The notes beneath the pieces are model-generated. The model was not told the DNA's origin. It did not search any database and saw only the letters and a list, made by a program, of their open reading frames with translations. 64,000 bases of DNA, taken from the IMG/VR virus record IMGVR_UViG_3300044993_000765, positions 1 through 64,000 of that record; one strand, 5' to 3'. This stretch comes from a virus. Both the position numbers and the translations under genes were made by a program. Shown here one piece after another: positions 58,848-64,000 of the stretch. Position 1 is the first letter of the stretch. Every line of letters begins with the position of its first letter.

Positions 58848-59504
58848 ATGAACAAGTATTCCCAAGCCTTCCACGACGCCATGAAACGCACCGGCCTGCG
58901 TAACGTCGTGATCGCCGCGCACGTCGGGAAAGTCGGCAACAACTGTGTTGCGCAGTGGCGTTCGGGGCGTCGCCCCATCCCCGCCGAACACGCGCCCAAG
59001 GTCGCCGGCCTCCTCGGCATCCTTCCCGAGCAGATCAGCGAGTCCTACGATCGACTGGTGAAGGCGGGTGCTCTGCTGCCGGATGCGGTGCCCGGCCGAA
59101 ATGCGCCGCCGTACGGCCATATCGTGCTGTCGGAACTGGAGGATTTCAGCCGAGAAGCCGAACAGCCGCGCATCTGGCTCCCGGAGTCGATCACCAAGCG
59201 CAAGCTGGGCCTGACGCGGCCCGCCGACGTGCGCTGGGCGCTGCAACCGTCGCTGTCGATGGCCCCGGACATCGAGCGGCAGGCGCTGGTGCTGATCGAC
59301 ATCACCGCGCAGCGGCACGAGGACGTGGTGGACGGTGGCCTGTACGCCTACGCGCTATGGGGCAGGCCGGACATCCGGCGCATCCTGGTCCGCCGCGATG
59401 CCTGGACGCTGGTGGGGACCAACCCGGAAGTGGAACGGGTGACGGTGACTGAGGAAGAATTGCCGGAGCTTCGCGTGTTCGGCAGCGTGATCGGCTGGAT
59501 TTGA
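58848..59504 (+). CDS. XRE HTH plus degenerate S24 domain repressor (cassette B)
   Basis: VAQWRSGRRPIP and LSMAPDI...LVLID...DGGLYAY...IRRI. Paralog of 37024..37674. Confidence 0.8.
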   Translation: MNKYSQAFHDAMKRTGLRNVVIAAHVGKVGNNCVAQWRSGRRPIPAEHAPKVAGLLGILPEQISESYDRLVKAGALLPDAVPGRNAPPYGHIVLSELEDFSREAEQPRIWLPESITKRKLGLTRPADVRWALQPSLSMAPDIERQALVLIDITAQRHEDVVDGGLYAYALWGRPDIRRILVRRDAWTLVGTNPEVERVTVTEEELPELRVFGSVIGWI

Positions 59505-59607
59505 CGGGCGGGATCGGGCCTAGAATGGCATGACGCCAGCGCGGCGATCGGCACACCCTGTCGGATCAGACAGGGGCGGCGACAACACAGGGAACAGGGA
59601 GCGGAAT

Positions 59608-61155
59608 GTGGGCAAGACCTGGGGCAGGTATCTCGCGAAGGGCATCGTCATCGCCGTGGTGTACGGCGTCGCCTATCTGGCGCTGCGCTACATCTCGTTC
59701 AACCAGTGGTTCCTGCCGGCGGGGTTGCGCGCGGCATGCCTGCTGTTCCTGCCGTATCGGTATTGGCCCTTCCTCTTTCTTGGGGAAGCGGGACTCACGC
59801 TGTCCAAGAAGATCGAGATGATCGATGTCTATGGTGCAGCATGGGTCTACCTTAGTCCGTTGCTCATGCCGCCGATGGTCTCGGCGCTTCCATTTCTGGT
59901 CAGAAGGAAGCTGGGAACCGGTGATCGGTTGATGCGATGGCTGCCATTGCCCGCAGCCCTGATGGCCATTTGGTCTTCGACTTGCAATTTCGCGGTGAAT
60001 CGTCTTCTTGACGGTCCAAATCATCCAGAAGACTTGAAGGCATTCTTGGGGTTTGTCATTGGCGACTACCTCGGGATTCTCACCGCGCTGATGATCGTTT
60101 TTTTGTTTCGATCCCTGCGAAGAGAGCGCCATGTCTCATTTGGCTTCATCCGTGACTCCGTGATTTCCGCTGCACTGATCGGATTCGCCTACGTCTGGAT
60201 CGAGCACTTTCTAGCCGAGGACGATTTTCTCCGTCTTGCGTTGCTCATGACGATGACGATTCCCATCGTACTACTGACCTTTTTCCACGGTTGGAGAGGA
60301 GCCGCTGTTGGCTCATTACTGGCGAGTCTTGGAGTCGCCCAGGCGATGACCTATACCGGAATCCAGAACTCAAACAATGACTTGGTTCTCTACGCTCAGA
60401 TGGGCCTTGTAGTAACGTCTGCCATGTTGCTTCTGCTGGGCGGGCAGATCACTCGACACTATGAAAGCGCCAAAGCGTCAGGTTTCGCGCAACAGGAAGC
60501 ACTGAAGCTCGCACGCATGCAGTTGCTGTCCAATGAGCCTGCGGTGCGTGACCAACTCATCATCATGGCGAGCATGCAGGTGCAGATGGACGACGCCCGC
60601 GACCTGCTCGCCAAGGATCTGCACGCCAACGGCAAGGCACGCGAGGCGATGGAGTTGAACCGCCGCGGCGTCGAGCATCGGCAACTGTTCGAGGTGCAGT
60701 CGCTGGTGGTCTATCCCATCGGCATCGAGCGCGACGGCTTGTTCGGCGTGCTCGACACCGCCGCCTTCCGCGAGTCGCGCGCCAGCGGCGTGGCGGTCGA
60801 GTTCGCCTTCGGCCGCATCGACCCGCGCACGCTGTCGGAAGACTTGCAGGTGTCGGCCTACCGTTGCCTGTGCCACGCCATCGATCACCTGTCGGACTGG
60901 GAGCCGGCCCGCTACCGCCTGCGCCTGCGGGTCTGGCATGGTCGCGCCCGGCGTGGACTCTACCTGTCGGTCGCCATCGACACCGAGTACGCTCGCCACG
61001 TCACGCCGCACGGCGAGAGCGCCCTGCTGCTGCTGGAGGCACGGGTCAAGGTCCACGGCGGGCTGCTGCGCCGTACGCCGCACGGCATTCGCCTGCTTCT
61101 GTCGGAGCCGGCCGGGGAGCCTGCCGCCTTCCAGCCGCTGCCCCACACGGAGTAA
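59608..61155 (+). CDS. MASE1 membrane sensor with degenerate HisKA_3/HATPase (cassette B)
   Basis: WFLPAGLR, YWPFL, HGWRGAA, VYPIGIERDGL, AYRCLCHA and RVKVHGG. Likely GTG start at 59608. Confidence 0.8.
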   Translation: MGKTWGRYLAKGIVIAVVYGVAYLALRYISFNQWFLPAGLRAACLLFLPYRYWPFLFLGEAGLTLSKKIEMIDVYGAAWVYLSPLLMPPMVSALPFLVRRKLGTGDRLMRWLPLPAALMAIWSSTCNFAVNRLLDGPNHPEDLKAFLGFVIGDYLGILTALMIVFLFRSLRRERHVSFGFIRDSVISAALIGFAYVWIEHFLAEDDFLRLALLMTMTIPIVLLTFFHGWRGAAVGSLLASLGVAQAMTYTGIQNSNNDLVLYAQMGLVVTSAMLLLLGGQITRHYESAKASGFAQQEALKLARMQLLSNEPAVRDQLIIMASMQVQMDDARDLLAKDLHANGKAREAMELNRRGVEHRQLFEVQSLVVYPIGIERDGLFGVLDTAAFRESRASGVAVEFAFGRIDPRTLSEDLQVSAYRCLCHAIDHLSDWEPARYRLRLRVWHGRARRGLYLSVAIDTEYARHVTPHGESALLLLEARVKVHGGLLRRTPHGIRLLLSEPAGEPAAFQPLPHTE

Positions 61156-61183
61156 GCCCGGACGCCCTCGCGGGCTTCCGGGC
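61156..61183. terminator. Hairpin between the convergent MASE1 and CGCP genes
   Basis: gcccgga-c-gccc-tcgc-gggc-t-tccgggc; no U tract. Confidence 0.5.
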
Positions 61184-61191
61184 CGCCGTCC

Positions 61192-61644
61192 TCACTCCGC
61201 CGCGCCCAGGGTGCGGATGAGCCAACGGGTCACGCTGCCGTCCTGGTAGCGCACCACTTCCACGTCGGTGCCGCGATACAGCACGCTGGGCACGCCCGCC
61301 GGCACGGCATCGCCGGGCACGGCCACACGGTCGGCGTCGGTGCCGATCGGCATGATCCAGGCGGTGCCGCCGATGCGCCCGGCTGCCGCGCGCACGGTGC
61401 CGGCGGAATCGTTGATCTGCACGTAGCGCACGCCGTCGCGCTGGAACTCGTAGATCTGCCAGGCGGGATCGGCGGCAAGATCGACGGCGGCCGGGAAGGA
61501 CTCGCCGAGTCCACTTGAGGCCGCTTGGCTCCAGTGCCCATCGGCGGGGCAACCGCATTTCGCCCAGGCGCTCGGCGTGAAGAATAGTGCGCAGGCCAGC
61601 AGGGCGAGCGGCGCGCAGGCGGAACGGGAAAGATACATCGACAT
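61192..61644 (-). CDS. Small secreted CGCP protein (cassette B)
   Basis: SD AAGGAG and signal peptide ending AWA-KCGCP. Paralog of 39323..39772. Confidence 0.8.
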   Translation of the reverse strand: MSMYLSRSACAPLALLACALFFTPSAWAKCGCPADGHWSQAASSGLGESFPAAVDLAADPAWQIYEFQRDGVRYVQINDSAGTVRAAAGRIGGTAWIMPIGTDADRVAVPGDAVPAGVPSVLYRGTDVEVVRYQDGSVTRWLIRTLGAAE

Positions 61645-61744
61645 GATGAAACTCCTTTGGTCTTGGTCCGTGTTGAGGTGCTAACGGCGCGACGGTTCCC
61701 CCGGCCTGCCGTTAACGATGGATGGCCCGCTTGGCGTCTTCGCA

Positions 61745-61767
61745 GCGGGCATCTTGACGGTACCACC
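61745..61767 (-). promoter_or_regulatory. Conserved upstream motif of the CGCP gene
   Basis: gcgggcatcttgacggtaccacc; see 39866..39888. Confidence 0.5.
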
Positions 61768-62142
61768 CCTATTCGCGTCCCGGCCCGTGCCGGCCGCACT
61801 GCGCCGCAGGCGGCATCGCCGGGGTTCGCGAGCAGCATCCGGATCGCACGCTGGCGCGCTTCGTGCGCCGTCCTGAGCGGTGGCTCCCCCCGTTCCTGCG
61901 GCCTTCTGGCCGTGTGGTGCGGGTGGTGCGGCGGCCGATGGATGCCATGCCCACGCTGCGGAACTGCAGGGGACGACGTGGCCGCTGGGGGTGTGCGCCG
62001 CGATGCGCGTTCGCCGGAAAGGTTCTGGCCCATTCTGGCCGTTGGCTTCAGGTGGGCGTGCCGCCCCCGCGCGCGCGCGCGGAACGATTGGTTTTCCGCC
62101 CCTTCTGGGCGCGATCCTGACGCCCTCGCGCGCGCGGAACGG

Positions 62143-62670
62143 TCAGGTTGCCGCTGATCGCGGGCGTATGCGGGTGCGCTTGGGACGCGGTGCATGCGGT
62201 TTCGGGATCGCACGCCCGGCCTTGCGATGCCAGCACCACGGGCAGGCAGTAACGGTCGCAGGCGCGTTCGGCCACAACAGGACCGGTCCGCAGCCGGCAC
62301 ATTCGACGACGCGCGTCCAGCCTGCGGGCACGCGCCCCGCCGCCATGTGCTGCGACCTCGCCAGCGCGCGCAGGAGCGCCGACAGCGCCTGCCGCGACAG
62401 TCCTTTGCAGGCGCGCAGATCGCGCATCGACAGCGCCGCCACGGTCGCTCCCGCCAAGCCTTCGTCGATCAGCAGATCGAACAGGGTCCGCAGCGTGTCG
62501 CCCTCGGCGGACGCCAGCAGCGCGACCAGTTCGGGCTTGTGGTCAGCGATACGCTGCTGGAACGATGACGGGATCGAGCCGCGTGTGGGTTCCAGGCGCA
62601 GTCGGTCACCGTGGGCGTACACCCGAATGCCGGCATCGTGCAGTTCGGCCATCGTGCGAACCGGCGTCAT
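62143..62670 (-). CDS. Hypothetical replication-region protein (TubC-N-docking-like N-terminus, CxxC...CxxC)
   Basis: AGIRVYAHGDRLRL...IADHKPELVALL and CAGC...CPWC. Confidence 0.55.
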   Translation of the reverse strand: MTPVRTMAELHDAGIRVYAHGDRLRLEPTRGSIPSSFQQRIADHKPELVALLASAEGDTLRTLFDLLIDEGLAGATVAALSMRDLRACKGLSRQALSALLRALARSQHMAAGRVPAGWTRVVECAGCGPVLLWPNAPATVTACPWCWHRKAGRAIPKPHAPRPKRTRIRPRSAAT

Positions 62671-62711
62671 AGGCCGCTCGCCTGTCGTCGGAACTGTTCG
62701 CCGCGACCGCC

Positions 62712-62936
62712 CGAAGGTAGCGAAGGTTGCGAAGATGGCGGCTGCACGGAGTTCGTATCTTCGGTGGTTTCGGCCCCCGAACCGCCACCTTCGGGGTGTT
62801 GCGACCCGCTCGGGGTCTGTTTCGTCATCGCCGTCATAACTCGACGACCGCTCCGGCGACCTCGCCAAGATGGCGGTCGGATGCCGAAGATTGCGAACAG
62901 GAATTTTCGCCATCTTCGCGACCTTCGCGATCTTCG
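62712..62936. repeat. Inverted arrays of 9-bp CGAAGRTNG repeats; candidate replication origin
   Basis: 62712..62740 and the reverse complement of 62908..62936 match at 26/29 nt, each with three 9-mers. Confidence 0.65.
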
Positions 62937-63964
62937 ACGGGCCGCCCACTGCCTTCGGCCAGTCGCCACAGCCAGCCGCCGAGCATGCCCCGCTTGACCG
63001 CGACCGCGCCGATCTTCCGCTTGGCCCGGTGCATGGCGTCCCTGGAGTAGCCCGCCGCGCTGGCTTCGGCGAACACGTCCTTTGCCGGACGCTCTCCCGC
63101 ACGCAACAGATCGCGCAGGAAGCCGGCCGCGTCTTGACCCGCCCCATCGTCGCGGGATTCGGCCTCTGCCAACACCGCGCGCGCGGTACCCTCGATGACC
63201 TCGCCCCAGGCGACATAGGACGCGATCACGCCGGGATGCTCCGGCAGCGGGGCTTGTTGCAGGTCGTAGGCGAAGCCGCCACCATCCGGGCCGAGGTTGG
63301 ATTTCGCGCGCAGCAGCACGTTGCGGGCGGGACGATCCTCGTCCGCCTCCTGTCGCGCCGCCACCAGGACAATGCGCGCCAGCGCGCCGAACGCCAGCGA
63401 GCCGGTGATGCGTTCCAGCGGATCACGCCCACTGGTGCCCTTGGAGAAGTGAGTGATGCCCACCACCGCGCAGCCGTGTTCGTCGGCCATATCCACCAGC
63501 GGCTGCAAACCGCGCCGGACCTCGGCGTTCTTGTGCGAGTCGCCGGCCACCGCCGACGACAGCGGATCGACCACGATCAGGCGCACGTCGGGGATGGCCT
63601 GCAAGCCATCGCGCAACAAGTCCATGTCGCGCGCGGGATCGAACGGATATGTCTCGCCCCGGTCGATCACGCGCTCGACGACGTGAATCCGGTCCATGTC
63701 CGCGCCGGCCGCGTGCAGGCGGGGACTGAGCGTGTCCTTGTGGCCATCCTCGCCCGACCAGATCACCACCGAACCGACGCGCGCGCGGCTGCCGTCCGGC
63801 CAACGGCCGCCACGGGTGACGATCGCCGCCAGCCCCGCCGCAAGCGTGGTTTTCCCCGTGCCGGGTACACCGCCGACCAGGTGCAACTTGCCAGCTGCCA
63901 GCCAGCCCGGCCACAGCCAGTCCACCGGCACCGGCTCCAGGTCGCTGCCGCGTCGCAGGATCAC
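62834..63964 (-). CDS. AAA_25/RepA-type replicative helicase; may extend beyond the window
   Basis: VDWLWPGWL, Walker A GVPGTGKT, SGED, Walker B LIVVDP, THFSK, GSLAF and KSN; winged-helix-like tail. Confidence 0.85.
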   Translation of the reverse strand: MILRRGSDLEPVPVDWLWPGWLAAGKLHLVGGVPGTGKTTLAAGLAAIVTRGGRWPDGSRARVGSVVIWSGEDGHKDTLSPRLHAAGADMDRIHVVERVIDRGETYPFDPARDMDLLRDGLQAIPDVRLIVVDPLSSAVAGDSHKNAEVRRGLQPLVDMADEHGCAVVGITHFSKGTSGRDPLERITGSLAFGALARIVLVAARQEADEDRPARNVLLRAKSNLGPDGGGFAYDLQQAPLPEHPGVIASYVAWGEVIEGTARAVLAEAESRDDGAGQDAAGFLRDLLRAGERPAKDVFAEASAAGYSRDAMHRAKRKIGAVAVKRGMLGGWLWRLAEGSGRPVEDREGREDGENSCSQSSASDRHLGEVAGAVVEL

Positions 63965-64000
63965 GCGCGGGCCGTCGTCGCGTCGTGGCGACGCCGATGT

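Noticed and set aside
51215-61800. Self-splicing intron or intein explaining the terL break
   Set aside because: No 5' terL exon and no reverse transcriptase or intron structure were recognised. The GIY-YIG gene is short and degenerate.

Overview
GC-rich window from a probable Lysobacterales (Xanthomonas/Lysobacter-like) genome; the host is inferred from XVIPCD-type effectors. Most of it (about 5.3-51.2 kb, minus strand) is the morphogenesis region of a podovirus-like prophage. It carries a 5'-truncated large terminase, portal, Cys-rich fibre/structural genes, scaffold, major capsid, head-tail genes, candidate ejection proteins, a lambda-R-type lysozyme and a 4759-aa DarB-like polyvalent protein. 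An RHS toxin lies to the left and a satellite-like AAA helicase/origin region to the right. Three putative defence morons interrupt the late region (HEPN; zincin plus HEPN; AbiGi-like plus membrane protein). Two observations stand out. First, a regulatory cassette occurs twice (31.7-39.9 kb and 51.9-61.8 kb). Each copy has a secreted CGCP protein, a MASE1 pseudo-kinase, an apparently non-cleavable XRE-S24 repressor, divergent tandem-CsrA genes and a small hydrophobic ORF, upstream of a different T4SS immunity/effector pair. Second, two paralogous small genes, each with its own SD, are nested in the +1 frame inside the giant DarB-like gene. All family calls come from motif recognition by eye, not database searches.
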